Below, piece after piece: positions 9,081-18,008 of a stretch of 40,979 bases of DNA. The notes beneath the pieces were generated by a model that was not told where the DNA came from, searched no databases, and saw only the letters and a program-made list of their open reading frames with translations. The translations under genes were made by a program, and so were the position numbers. Origin of the DNA: Clostridiaceae bacterium (GTDB lineage Bacteria > Bacillota > Clostridia > Christensenellales > CAG-138); contig JBDKRF010000323.1 in assembly GCA_039683525.1 (NCBI GenBank), positions 1 through 40,979 on the forward strand. The letters run 5' to 3'. Numbering within the stretch: the stretch's first letter is position 1; each line of letters opens with the position of its first letter.

Positions 9081-10850
9081 TTATGATTGATGAACTCGAA
9101 GCGCGCTTAGAAAGCGGCCCATCTGTTCGTTAGAAATCAAATCCAAGCAAATCTGTTGCGGTGCCTCATCACTCTGATCGCGATAGATCTCGCCGTCTCT
9201 GTTCGCAACACTCAGGATCAGTTCCGTATGCATCGGTAATCTGGCTTGCGATGCACTCTGTATAATCACGCAAGTCTTGTATGCACGATTTCCAAACAAA
9301 GGCAACGTCTCCAAATCTGATTTAGTCAGTTCTGCACCTTCAAGTACGAAAAGAACCACAAATCGATTCTTTACTTCCTCTGCATCCTGACCATGTTGAC
9401 CCAACATACGACTGCGTTGTTCAAATACGGATCGGACGGCACTTACTTCATCCCCATTTGTTTCTATAATCTGTTGTACATGCGGCAGTTGAGATATCTT
9501 TGCCCAGTCTGTTGCATTCTTTTCCGCTCCCACGAGAACAAATTCAACTTCTTCCGGACTATGAAACGTCGCAAGCTGAATAATGATGCTTTGTATGACC
9601 GGAGACGTTTCGTTTGGGTCTCCTAGCATGCCAATCATCGACTGCATTTTCAGATCGAGTAGCACTGGCGCCGGAGAGATATAGCGGTGTGCTTCCACAA
9701 GATCGCGCATTCGCGTATGCAGTTCCGCTTCTCTTTCTTCATAAGATATTGGGCTCATCAAGATGCCTAGTTCGAACGCTCGCTCTCCTCTTCCTACTCG
9801 CACGCAAAGAAAATCATCATCCTTCTCCGTACGTTCCCAGATTCTCTCACTGCGAGATTTCATCAAAGCGATGCAACCCTCAATCGAGGGATTTTGTAAA
9901 GTCAACATCTGCAGCTGACGCTCGGCTCGCTGATTCCAAGCGTGCTCTAGCTTCTCCAAGTACTCGATATACTGAAGCTTCTTCCATTCTTGATTTGCAC
10001 GCCATTGTGAGGTTTGTAACAGATACTCAGCTATCCCTCCAGATAGTCCGACCACAAACATTGCGCCGATGAGTGCCGCATAGAACGACAAACTCGAGGC
10101 ATGCGAAAGCAAGATCATCACAAGAAGCGTAGTGATCAAAGATAGCACGATCGACGGCGCGAAAAATACGTACTTCCAGTTCGCTCGAAACAAACCATCA
10201 ACCTTTGGTGGTGGTTCGATCATAATCTCTTCAATCGGGGTATCATTGTAGAATCGATTCGTTCCTCGTTTGTCAAATGGGCGCGGTATTCTCCAAGCGC
10301 GCTTAGCAATCTCATCTTCTTTGATCAAGACAGATTTCTCTTGCTCTGTTGCTCGAAGGGTATTACTGTTCGGTTTCTCCGCGTGGTGAAAGCTTGCGAT
10401 ATGAAACCAAGGCGAGCGCGTGCTGTAATCATTCTCACCAACAGCCGAACTTACACTTGCAGGAGGATTGCTCGATTTTTTGAATAGCATGTCATTGCTC
10501 GTTGCCGAGGACTCGGTATCGCGCAAACTCACACTGCTCGACGCCGGACTTTTCATGCTAATGCCGGGTGCGCTAAACCGAGCTGGATGAAACGCGGTTC
10601 GAGCCTCAACTATATCCAATGTTTCAGAGGAGCGCTCCGCCTTCATTGCGGCACGGGTGTTTTCATTCTCCGCTTTGTTGGTATCATACTGTGCAAACCG
10701 CGCAGGATGAAAGCCATCTCCAGCGCCATGTTTTGCTTCGGTTGGAGGTTGGCCATCCAGAACAATCAGTTGCTTTGTCATCCGCCTGCCGCAGAGGTTG
10801 CAAAACTGCACCCCTGCCGGATTCAGATGCCCGCACTCGAAACAGCGCAT
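9081..10850 (-). CDS. Zinc ribbon + Ser-rich linker + 2 TM + EssC/EccC N-terminal-like (pre-ATPase) domain, with no FtsK ATPase domains
   Basis: N-terminal ribbon is MRCFECGHLNPAGVQFCNLC. FHPARF occurs twice in the linker. The two TMs are YVFFAPSIVLSLITTLLVMILL and FYAALIGAMFVVGLSGGIAEYLL. After them come YIEYLEKLEHAWNQRAERQ, ERIWERTEKDDDFLCVRVGRGE, IIIQLATFHSPEEVEFVLV and WAKISQLPHV. These follow my remembered pattern of the region after the TMs in T7SS EssC/EccC (lWeR..d.dFl.vRvG.g ... hsP.d ... W.W.kWLPH). No Walker A is visible. Confidence 0.6.
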   Translation of the reverse strand: MRCFECGHLNPAGVQFCNLCGRRMTKQLIVLDGQPPTEAKHGAGDGFHPARFAQYDTNKAENENTRAAMKAERSSETLDIVEARTAFHPARFSAPGISMKSPASSSVSLRDTESSATSNDMLFKKSSNPPASVSSAVGENDYSTRSPWFHIASFHHAEKPNSNTLRATEQEKSVLIKEDEIAKRAWRIPRPFDKRGTNRFYNDTPIEEIMIEPPPKVDGLFRANWKYVFFAPSIVLSLITTLLVMILLSHASSLSFYAALIGAMFVVGLSGGIAEYLLQTSQWRANQEWKKLQYIEYLEKLEHAWNQRAERQLQMLTLQNPSIEGCIALMKSRSERIWERTEKDDDFLCVRVGRGERAFELGILMSPISYEEREAELHTRMRDLVEAHRYISPAPVLLDLKMQSMIGMLGDPNETSPVIQSIIIQLATFHSPEEVEFVLVGAEKNATDWAKISQLPHVQQIIETNGDEVSAVRSVFEQRSRMLGQHGQDAEEVKNRFVVLFVLEGAELTKSDLETLPLFGNRAYKTCVIIQSASQARLPMHTELILSVANRDGEIYRDQSDEAPQQICLDLISNEQMGRFLSALRVHQS

Positions 10851-10912
10851 TTCGTGTCCTCAATGAAACACAATCTATTTACATCTTGCGTTCCTTGTAT
10901 GAATCTGGACGA

Positions 10913-11926
10913 TTAATTCAGTACGCGTGGTTTATGCCACACGGAAGAAGCATCCTGCTCATCCTTAGGTTTTGCAGGGACTGGAGGGGGTTCAGGGGGC
11001 GTATGACCACCAGGAATGCGTTTGCCTTGCAGCGTCTCAAAAACCTCTTTCGTTGTCGGACGTTTTGCTGGATCTCGCTCCAGCATGCTCGCAATCAAGT
11101 TCTTCAGATCACCGGGAAGTCTTGTGTCGAGAAAGAGAGTTCGGCCGTCCAGCACGGCTTCATGCGCGTAAGAGTAGTCGCTACTGAAGCGTGGAAGTTC
11201 GCCAGTGTAGTATTGATGGAACAGCAATCCCAAAGCAAAGACATCGACTTTTGTAGTGAGTTTTACGTCTTCGCCCTGATCCGCTAATAATGTTTCAGGT
11301 GCGAGATATACAACATCTCCTTCAACCCTGTCATCCTTTTCTCTTTCTTTCTCCAGATAGCTGCTGTCAAAATCGATCAACTTCGCCGTAAGTGATTTTG
11401 ATTTGCCAGTACCTACAGTGGTTTCCTTGATCAAGACATTGCTCGGTTTCAAGTCGGCGTGCACAACCTCATTAGCGTGAAGGCTTGCCAGGCTGTGCGC
11501 AATCACCTTCATCAGAACGACCTTTACGTCATTATCCCTCGACGCAATCTGCTTCATCTCCAAGTTTGCCGTATCGATCTTTTGCGTCGTAATATAATAC
11601 TTTGTGTCGTTGAAGAAGAATGCATCGATAGTTACGATATTTCCAGTAGCACTCTGATTCACCGCGTAGTAAAGGCGGGTCATCTTCTGATAGAATTTGT
11701 CGCCTTCTTTACGTTTTCGCGCAATGATGTCCGCCGGAATACCGCAACCCTCGCGCGGACATACCGGCGAAAGGAATTGCTTGATAAAATACTCCCGACC
11801 GTCCTTGACAGCAAACGCCCACAGCCCGTTGCCCGAGTTCTTGTTCGTTAACTGCGTAATGAGTTGATAATCCCGAATCTTTTGCAACTCTGGCGTTGCT
11901 CTGCTCACCGTTCTCTTGATACCCAT
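10913..11926 (-). CDS. Hanks-type Ser/Thr protein kinase, cytoplasmic, non-RD
   Basis: Catalytic loop VVHADLKPSNVLI (HxDLKPxN, with Ala where RD kinases have Arg). DFDSS replaces DFG. Also YLAPE, DVFALGLL and ERDPAKRPT, plus a Pro-rich tail. The ATG at 11926 overlaps the PP2C stop by 22 nt. Confidence 0.85.
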   Translation of the reverse strand: MGIKRTVSRATPELQKIRDYQLITQLTNKNSGNGLWAFAVKDGREYFIKQFLSPVCPREGCGIPADIIARKRKEGDKFYQKMTRLYYAVNQSATGNIVTIDAFFFNDTKYYITTQKIDTANLEMKQIASRDNDVKVVLMKVIAHSLASLHANEVVHADLKPSNVLIKETTVGTGKSKSLTAKLIDFDSSYLEKEREKDDRVEGDVVYLAPETLLADQGEDVKLTTKVDVFALGLLFHQYYTGELPRFSSDYSYAHEAVLDGRTLFLDTRLPGDLKNLIASMLERDPAKRPTTKEVFETLQGKRIPGGHTPPEPPPVPAKPKDEQDASSVWHKPRVLN

Positions 11927-12894
11927 CCCATACCTCTTGCTTCTCGATCAAACTTCTTATACTCATTCCAGAGTCGAATCAGTCCGTCGCGATCGTTCTG
12001 AGCTTGCATCCTTGCGATCGGCTCGCTATAGAGTCTGCGGTAGTCGTTCATACGTGGTCGATACGCATCCTTCAACGCCTGAAAAGTTCTGTGTCCAACG
12101 ATAGCCATCTGAAGCGTATAATCGTCTGATGCAACATGACCAATCCTTTCTCTTAGAAGTTGCTCCCATTCCAAGAGGCTCTTTGCTTCCATCAATGTCT
12201 CCAGAAGAATGCCCTCAAAATCCATGGGTGTTTCGTAATAAGCATAGCATCCGTCCGTTACCGTGAGCGCAATCATCGGGGAATCAACAAACGTCTCTCT
12301 GGAATGAATGATAAAATCTTTTTGTTGGTTCACATAGTTCGACAATACACCGTCTGCCGCAAAATCATCATCATCCGAGTTAACTTGTAAATCGTCCTTC
12401 GTCATCTGCCGAAGACCTTTTACCGTGAAGAGATAGCCACGAGAGTCACCCGCCCACAAGAAGACACAACGAATTTTTCCCGATCGATCTTGTTCCAACA
12501 TAAAGCTGGACATCGTAGTCGGCAGCGTACTCGGCAAGCTCCCTTTGATTGCGGAGCGCGGTTGATCAAGGCAACTATATGTATCATCAAATGTGGTTCG
12601 GATCGCCACTTTCATATCGTTTGCCAACGTTTCAGCACTGATCATACCGAACCCGTTTGAATCATATCTATTTTGCGTAAACCAATCCCCCACAGCATGA
12701 GCACAGCTATATGCGGCAATTTTTGCGCCTGTCCAGCCTTCGGCTGAGGGGTACCGTTTTGAACCGGAACCCCCGCAACCATCAAAACTGCATAATATAG
12801 CAGCTATGTCACCTTCAACCCGAAGCGCAGAATCCTCACCCATTCCTACTCGCTTCTCTTCATTGACCCCAATGATGCCGTCCAAATTTGTCAT
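11905..12894 (-). CDS. PP2C-family Ser/Thr phosphatase
   Basis: Motifs GEDSAL, SFDGCGGSGS, LWAGDSRGYLF, LTVTDGCYAY and SDDYTLQMAIV follow the PP2C motif order. No TM. Confidence 0.8.
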   Translation of the reverse strand: MTNLDGIIGVNEEKRVGMGEDSALRVEGDIAAILCSFDGCGGSGSKRYPSAEGWTGAKIAAYSCAHAVGDWFTQNRYDSNGFGMISAETLANDMKVAIRTTFDDTYSCLDQPRSAIKGSLPSTLPTTMSSFMLEQDRSGKIRCVFLWAGDSRGYLFTVKGLRQMTKDDLQVNSDDDDFAADGVLSNYVNQQKDFIIHSRETFVDSPMIALTVTDGCYAYYETPMDFEGILLETLMEAKSLLEWEQLLRERIGHVASDDYTLQMAIVGHRTFQALKDAYRPRMNDYRRLYSEPIARMQAQNDRDGLIRLWNEYKKFDREARGMGWVSRER

Positions 12895-12933
12895 GGATTC
12901 TCCTTCTTCAGAAAGCTTTTGAACTTGTATTAT

Positions 12934-13614
12934 TTAAATGGAGTTCGAGATCGCATCAATGATCTCTGAGTAATCGACTTCCATCAGCCCTTGTCCAGCA
13001 ATTGATGGGAAATGAATCACATTATCCCAATTATCTGAGATCGTATTCCAATATGGCGCGTCAGGCGCAAAGATAACAAGCCGCTTCTCATTGTTATTGA
13101 TATATTCGTCATTCTCCCACCAAAGGGTTAGCTCGCCAAAATCACGCGGTAAGCCGGATGGATAATTCGAGTCACATGCTCCAAATCCCAGCTCATGCGT
13201 TGCGGCATCGGTCCAGACGACGATTACTTGACGGTGTTTCCCGCCTTGAGATCTATCCCAGTCCGAGCGAATTGCATACGCTAGCGCTTCGAGTCCATCT
13301 TCGGGATCATCGCCACCGCCTTTTGCCTCTATCCCAGTCACGATGTTCCGGAAGAGCACTGAATCGTCAGGCAATGTGAAAAAGTCCGTCTGTAGCATTG
13401 CGTCCTCATGATCATACTTGTAATCCCGAAAAGCTATAATGCTGATACGCATCCTTGCAATAGTTTTCTCTTTTTTTGCCATCGCGTTCATGACATCTTG
13501 GTAGAAGTTGAGAGCATTGTTCTTGACCATTTCGATTACATTGTGCATGCTCCGGGTTGCGTCGATGCAGAAAGTCAGATCGACATAGTATTCCTGTTTG
13601 ATATTGCTGGGCAT
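12934..13614 (-). CDS. Cytoplasmic von Willebrand factor A (vWA) domain protein, TerY-like
   Basis: MIDAS-like DLTFCIDATRSM (D-x-T-x-S). Also GGGDDPEDGLEALAYAI and VIVVWTDAATHE. No signal peptide. Confidence 0.8.
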   Translation of the reverse strand: MPSNIKQEYYVDLTFCIDATRSMHNVIEMVKNNALNFYQDVMNAMAKKEKTIARMRISIIAFRDYKYDHEDAMLQTDFFTLPDDSVLFRNIVTGIEAKGGGDDPEDGLEALAYAIRSDWDRSQGGKHRQVIVVWTDAATHELGFGACDSNYPSGLPRDFGELTLWWENDEYINNNEKRLVIFAPDAPYWNTISDNWDNVIHFPSIAGQGLMEVDYSEIIDAISNSI

Positions 13615-13654
13615 AGTTTTTCGTTCCTTTCTTATTTTGCAGTTTTGAGTTTAT

Positions 13655-15253
13655 CTATAGTTTCTTTGGGCGCTTAAAGTAGCTGTTCGCTTCGGGGTCG
13701 GTCGGCGTAGTCGAAGTTGCAGTGGGAGCGCTAATTGTAGATTTCAGTTTTGCTTTCGGTTCTAGAGGCTTATCCGCTGATTCCGTTGAAACTCGACCTG
13801 CTCCGCTTTCCGCTTCGGTGTGCATGGAGGATTTCATCCGTGGCGCAGGCGTCGATGTCGAGCTGCTTTTCTCTTTAGTAGACGCGCCCATGCTGGATTT
13901 CAGCGCCGGCTTTTTAAAGTGCCCATCCGTTACAATCCCGCTGCCCGAACGCTTTTCGTCTTCAGGAGTGTTCATATCGTGGGAGGTTTTCAGCCCACCC
14001 TTAACGAAACCGCCAGAGCCGGATTGGCCATTATCTGCATCGTACGTTCTGTGCCCCGTCTCTGACCCTCGGAAAACGGAGGTGGGCTTCTCTTCTCCAC
14101 ACTTTGCACAGAAATGAGCATCATTTCTTAGTCCGCAACGTGGGCATGTCCATCTACTTTCCGGAGGAGGAGGGGGAAACTCCAGACCATCAATTCTTTC
14201 TCCGCCCGATCCCCGCTTGCCTTTTTTCGCAATCAGAAGGTATATCCCACCTCCGAGGAGCGCAAGCAGCGCGACCCCTCCTGCAATCAGCAATACATTT
14301 GGTCCGCCTGTTGGTGTCTGATTTATGTCTGTTGATGAATCTGGCGGAACAACAGCTTCTTCCGGTGTCGCAGCGGGTTCTTCCACCGGAGCCTGGATCG
14401 GCTCTTCTGGAACTGCTTGCGGCACTTCAGGTGCAGGCGTCGATGTTTGCGGTACAGGCGTTGCCGCTTGGGTACCATCCGATTTTTCGTAAGCAATGCC
14501 TGAGTTGTTCAGAAAATCCATTGCATAATCGATATAAAGTGCAAAATTCGTGTTTTGTGCATCTATTGCTCCGCAAGAAACGATACCTACTACACATCCG
14601 TCCTCCGTGACTAACGGACCTCCTGAGTTTCCAGAGTTAATCGACGTATCAATTTGAATGTATTGATCATTTTCCAACGTACTGGATTCACGAGTCACAG
14701 AGCCTTTCGTTACAGTTATATAGTCAATTGAAGATGCCATTACATCTTCAGATGAGCCAACTTCAGCGGACCACGGAAATCCCATGGCGTATACAGTGTC
14801 TGTGACTGCTACTTTCTCGGCAGATTTCAATGTCAGTGCGCTGCGCGTCGTCGTTGGAGCATTTAGCTTTAGAATAGCCAAATCGACATTGTCGAATATC
14901 TTAACAACTTGACAATTCATCGTTAAGTCAGAGTTGTATATTGTATCTATGACCGCAACACAATAGATACTGGGGTCTTCTTCGTAATAATAATCACTAC
15001 CGTCATACGTATTAGCGGAACCAGCTACATGGGCATTGGTTACGATATATTCTACCGGCTTACCAGCTTCTCCAACAAAGAACCCTGTTCCCCAACCTAT
15101 GATTTCCCCGGTCTCTTTATCTACGACAGCAATCCGAACTACACCGTTCCGCGCATCCTGAACGGGGCTTGAAGCTTGAGCAGTAGCAAGCGGCAGCATG
15201 AGCAGCAGAACCAAAGCCACGAAGATTGCTTGAATTCTTTTCAACTTTTTCAT
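13655..15253 (-). CDS. Type I membrane-anchored trypsin-like (S1) serine protease with a cytoplasmic C-terminal zinc ribbon and Ser/Thr-rich tail
   Basis: Signal peptide MKKLKRIQAIFVALVLLLMLPLATAQA. Catalytic triad contexts are VTNAHVAG, NVDLAILKL and GNSGGPLV. A Pro-rich linker leads to TM LLIAGGVALLALLGGGIYLLIA. The ribbon is WTCPRCGLRNDAHFCAKCG. The roughly 150-aa S/T/K-rich tail ends in SYFKRPKKL. Confidence 0.85.
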   Translation of the reverse strand: MKKLKRIQAIFVALVLLLMLPLATAQASSPVQDARNGVVRIAVVDKETGEIIGWGTGFFVGEAGKPVEYIVTNAHVAGSANTYDGSDYYYEEDPSIYCVAVIDTIYNSDLTMNCQVVKIFDNVDLAILKLNAPTTTRSALTLKSAEKVAVTDTVYAMGFPWSAEVGSSEDVMASSIDYITVTKGSVTRESSTLENDQYIQIDTSINSGNSGGPLVTEDGCVVGIVSCGAIDAQNTNFALYIDYAMDFLNNSGIAYEKSDGTQAATPVPQTSTPAPEVPQAVPEEPIQAPVEEPAATPEEAVVPPDSSTDINQTPTGGPNVLLIAGGVALLALLGGGIYLLIAKKGKRGSGGERIDGLEFPPPPPESRWTCPRCGLRNDAHFCAKCGEEKPTSVFRGSETGHRTYDADNGQSGSGGFVKGGLKTSHDMNTPEDEKRSGSGIVTDGHFKKPALKSSMGASTKEKSSSTSTPAPRMKSSMHTEAESGAGRVSTESADKPLEPKAKLKSTISAPTATSTTPTDPEANSYFKRPKKL

Positions 15254-15285
15254 CCTATACCTCGCATTATTTCTCTTTGGTCAAA

Positions 15286-16269
15286 CTAGAACCCTTTGGG
15301 GCGCTTAAAGTATGAATCTGGAGTCCTAGCAGGTGGGGTTGTCCTCGGGGGTTCCGGCACAACTTCGCGAGAACCACTTGCAGATCCCCCTGTCGGCGTT
15401 TTTGATCGACCACAAATGGTGCAGAAGCTCATTGTGTTACGCGTTCCGCAACCTGTACAAACCCATGTGCCCGGTTCATCAGAGCGCACGGTCGTCCCTG
15501 TTCGAGTGTGCGTGGTGGTTTCCCTACCATAGGTTCTGCTTCTGTCGGCTGCTTCAATCTCGACATAATAGCCCGCAAGAGAGGTCATATAGTAGGGCAT
15601 AACATAGAAAACGCCCAAGATTCCCAGTGTCAGCAGGTTGAGCAGATGCCAGCCGATAAAGCTCAACTCCAGAACAAAGATGTCGAGTTTTCTCCCTTCC
15701 GTCATCTGAATGGATCGTTTTAGCGCCTGCTGTGAAGTCATCTCCGGATGATCCATGAGAATGAATGGAGTCAGGCAATACGAATAGACCTTGATCACGT
15801 TCATCACGGGAATGCAACCCCAAAGCGCACACCAAAGCAACCACCAAAGGGTGCCACCCAGCATGTGAGAGTAATTCTTGAAACCGAGATGCGCATCCTT
15901 CACTTCAATATGTTGCTTCCGGTAAAGTTTTACACCCGCGTACAGCTGACCGCACTGGAGAATCTGCAGATAAAAGATGCAGGCAAAGAAGAAACCGACC
16001 GGCCACGCTAGAGTGAAAATCAAGCCGATGACCAAGCCAACACCTATCTCAATCCCAAGCACGGCGAGCCATAACCGAACGGTCGTTTTGCTTTGCAGCG
16101 AAATTGCGATTTTCGCGTTCTGTTTGATGACGCTGCGCGTCGGAATTGGCGATGCTGAATATGGCAGCGATCCGCTTCCATAAGTGCTGGTAGAAGCAGC
16201 TTCTCTTGCACCGCAATGTGTGCAGAACATGCTGTCATTTCTCGTTCCGCATGACGGACAAGTCCACAT
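15286..16269 (-). CDS. DUF975-like polytopic membrane protein flanked by N- and C-terminal zinc ribbons
   Basis: N-terminal ribbon MWTCPSCGTRNDSMFCTHCG and C-terminal ribbon WVCTGCGTRNTMSFCTICG. The DUF975-like core includes LSFIGWHLLNLLTLGILGVFYVMPYY. The protein ends in SYFKRPKGF. Confidence 0.75.
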   Translation of the reverse strand: MWTCPSCGTRNDSMFCTHCGAREAASTSTYGSGSLPYSASPIPTRSVIKQNAKIAISLQSKTTVRLWLAVLGIEIGVGLVIGLIFTLAWPVGFFFACIFYLQILQCGQLYAGVKLYRKQHIEVKDAHLGFKNYSHMLGGTLWWLLWCALWGCIPVMNVIKVYSYCLTPFILMDHPEMTSQQALKRSIQMTEGRKLDIFVLELSFIGWHLLNLLTLGILGVFYVMPYYMTSLAGYYVEIEAADRSRTYGRETTTHTRTGTTVRSDEPGTWVCTGCGTRNTMSFCTICGRSKTPTGGSASGSREVVPEPPRTTPPARTPDSYFKRPKGF

Positions 16270-16294
16270 ATCATTATCCTCCTGTTTGTTATCT

Positions 16295-17092
16295 TTATCG
16301 CATTGTCGATTTTAAGCGAGACTTGGGCTGCTCTTCCTGTGTGCCTCGGGCGGGTTTTGAACCCTTCTCAACCATCAGGCTATATTCTTCCCGTGCCGGT
16401 ACCACCGGCTGGGTTTCCGGCTTTCTCGGGGTCTCGAAACCGCCCTTTTTAAACAGGACATTTTCCCGCTCAATCAGTTTCTTGACATACATGGTTGCGA
16501 AAAACACGCAGAGCGCATAACAAAGCACAATCAGCAGCGGAACAACGTTATGGTCAGCATTGCCGAAGTAGATGAAGCCGCAATAGATCACAATCGCGAA
16601 CAGGCTCACCCACGATATGGTGACGGGGAGATTTCTCTTGCGACTGTCAAATGAAATCAGAATGAAGATTGCCGGTAGGATCGCAAAAACCAGCAGGACA
16701 AGCGAGCAAACCTGCTCAATCGGGCCAACAATCCCCAATGCCATGTTGTAGACAGTGTAATACGTGTAATAATTGACAAATGGCTGCGCAAAGAGCACAA
16801 ATGCGAGAAAAACGCACAAGATGATGCCCGCTTTGAAGAAATTCGCGGTTTGGGTCAGATCGTCATATTTCTCTTGCAGGACAGCCGCGTCTGTCGAGAT
16901 TTTGATGACATCAGATTTCGTTTTTGCATCGTTCATCGATGTATCCGTATATCGCTTCTTCTCTACAAAAGTCTCTCTCCTGATACAGGTGTCCTCAACC
17001 GGTACAACTATTGCGGGCTTCTCCGCTGCGCAGACAACACAGAAGCGATCCGAATCTTCATTCTTGCTCTCACATGTTTTGCAGTCCCACAT
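16295..17092 (-). CDS. Zinc-ribbon (RanBP2-type) protein with a four-TM membrane domain
   Basis: The track start at 17107 is a TTG. The ATG at 17092 gives MWDCKTCESKNEDSDRFCVVC, with AGGGAG 7 nt upstream. About four hydrophobic helices follow a roughly 70-aa linker. Confidence 0.75.
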   Translation of the reverse strand: MWDCKTCESKNEDSDRFCVVCAAEKPAIVVPVEDTCIRRETFVEKKRYTDTSMNDAKTKSDVIKISTDAAVLQEKYDDLTQTANFFKAGIILCVFLAFVLFAQPFVNYYTYYTVYNMALGIVGPIEQVCSLVLLVFAILPAIFILISFDSRKRNLPVTISWVSLFAIVIYCGFIYFGNADHNVVPLLIVLCYALCVFFATMYVKKLIERENVLFKKGGFETPRKPETQPVVPAREEYSLMVEKGSKPARGTQEEQPKSRLKSTMR

Positions 17093-17138
17093 ATATATCT
17101 CCCTCAATTCATATCAAATCCCGATATATCTTCACTCA

Positions 17139-17852
17139 CTAATTTTTCTCGATCAATTCCCATTGCGCAAACAGCGTTAAGTCGCCAGACAGTTCCATAT
17201 CAAACACCGCATTGGCTGAGTATTGTCCGCCTTTTCCATCCTGGCGCGTGTTCCATCCGAGAAACCGAAACGTCTCCGTGTCCTGGAACAGCGGGAGATG
17301 AACATCTTCCCCCTTCGAAGGAGTGATATCTTTTGGCGTCGGGGGAAATTTTGCGGTATCGGCAGCTTTCGGAAGATTGAGGTCAAAGTGAATAACGGCG
17401 CTGGCAGTTGTTATTGCCGGGGTTGACTCCGCAGAGGTCGTCGGGGTCGATACGGCACTTTTCTGGTCGGTTGCATCAGTCTGAGTAGTCGCCATCAAGC
17501 TTGACAGCTTCTCCAGCTTAGCAATCTCCGCGCGATTCTTCGCGATGCCAATTGCGCAAAACGCCGTACAAAGCAGTGTGAACACCGCAAGAATGACCGC
17601 ATAGCGGAACATCGTGGCTTTCATCTGCTTTTTCGTCGGCAGGTTCCGTACATAATCAGCCAAGCGATCGAACGCATCCCGTAAACTCGTGTCAACCATT
17701 ACAGTTGGGCCTTCCGGCTTGGTCTCCACGCCGCGAATCGGTACGACCGGTGGTCGATAGTTGTATCTTGCGGCAGCGTTTGTGGGCTTACCGCAGTACT
17801 TGCAATATTCGACCATGTGTTCAATCGATTCCCCACAGTTTGGACAAATCAT
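17139..17852 (-). CDS. Zinc-ribbon single-pass membrane protein with a Listeria/Bacteroides-repeat (Flg_new-like) ectodomain
   Basis: MICPNCGESIEHMVEYCKYCG is a generic Cys4 ribbon without the W/N signature. TM is FRYAVILAVFTLLCTAFCAIGIA. The C-terminus FRFLGWNTRQDGKGGQYSANAVFDMELSGDLTLFAQW resembles the InlB B-repeat / Flg_new motif. Confidence 0.75.
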   Translation of the reverse strand: MICPNCGESIEHMVEYCKYCGKPTNAAARYNYRPPVVPIRGVETKPEGPTVMVDTSLRDAFDRLADYVRNLPTKKQMKATMFRYAVILAVFTLLCTAFCAIGIAKNRAEIAKLEKLSSLMATTQTDATDQKSAVSTPTTSAESTPAITTASAVIHFDLNLPKAADTAKFPPTPKDITPSKGEDVHLPLFQDTETFRFLGWNTRQDGKGGQYSANAVFDMELSGDLTLFAQWELIEKN

Positions 17853-18008
17853 GAATCTACCCCCGATTTTTATATTGTTGCTTTTTTATATTTCAGCTAT
17901 GAAAGACGTTTTTTTCTTTGGACAACTATAAGGTAACGTATTTTTCACCGCCCTGCGTTTTTCGTGTTGATACAGCGCAGAAAATGTAACGAAATGCAGC
18001 TTCATTTT

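Noticed and set aside
9081-10850. The island as a type VII secretion system.
   Set aside because: Only the EssC-like juxtamembrane region is present. There are no FtsK ATPase domains, no WXG100/LXG small proteins, and no EsaA/EssA/EssB-like genes.
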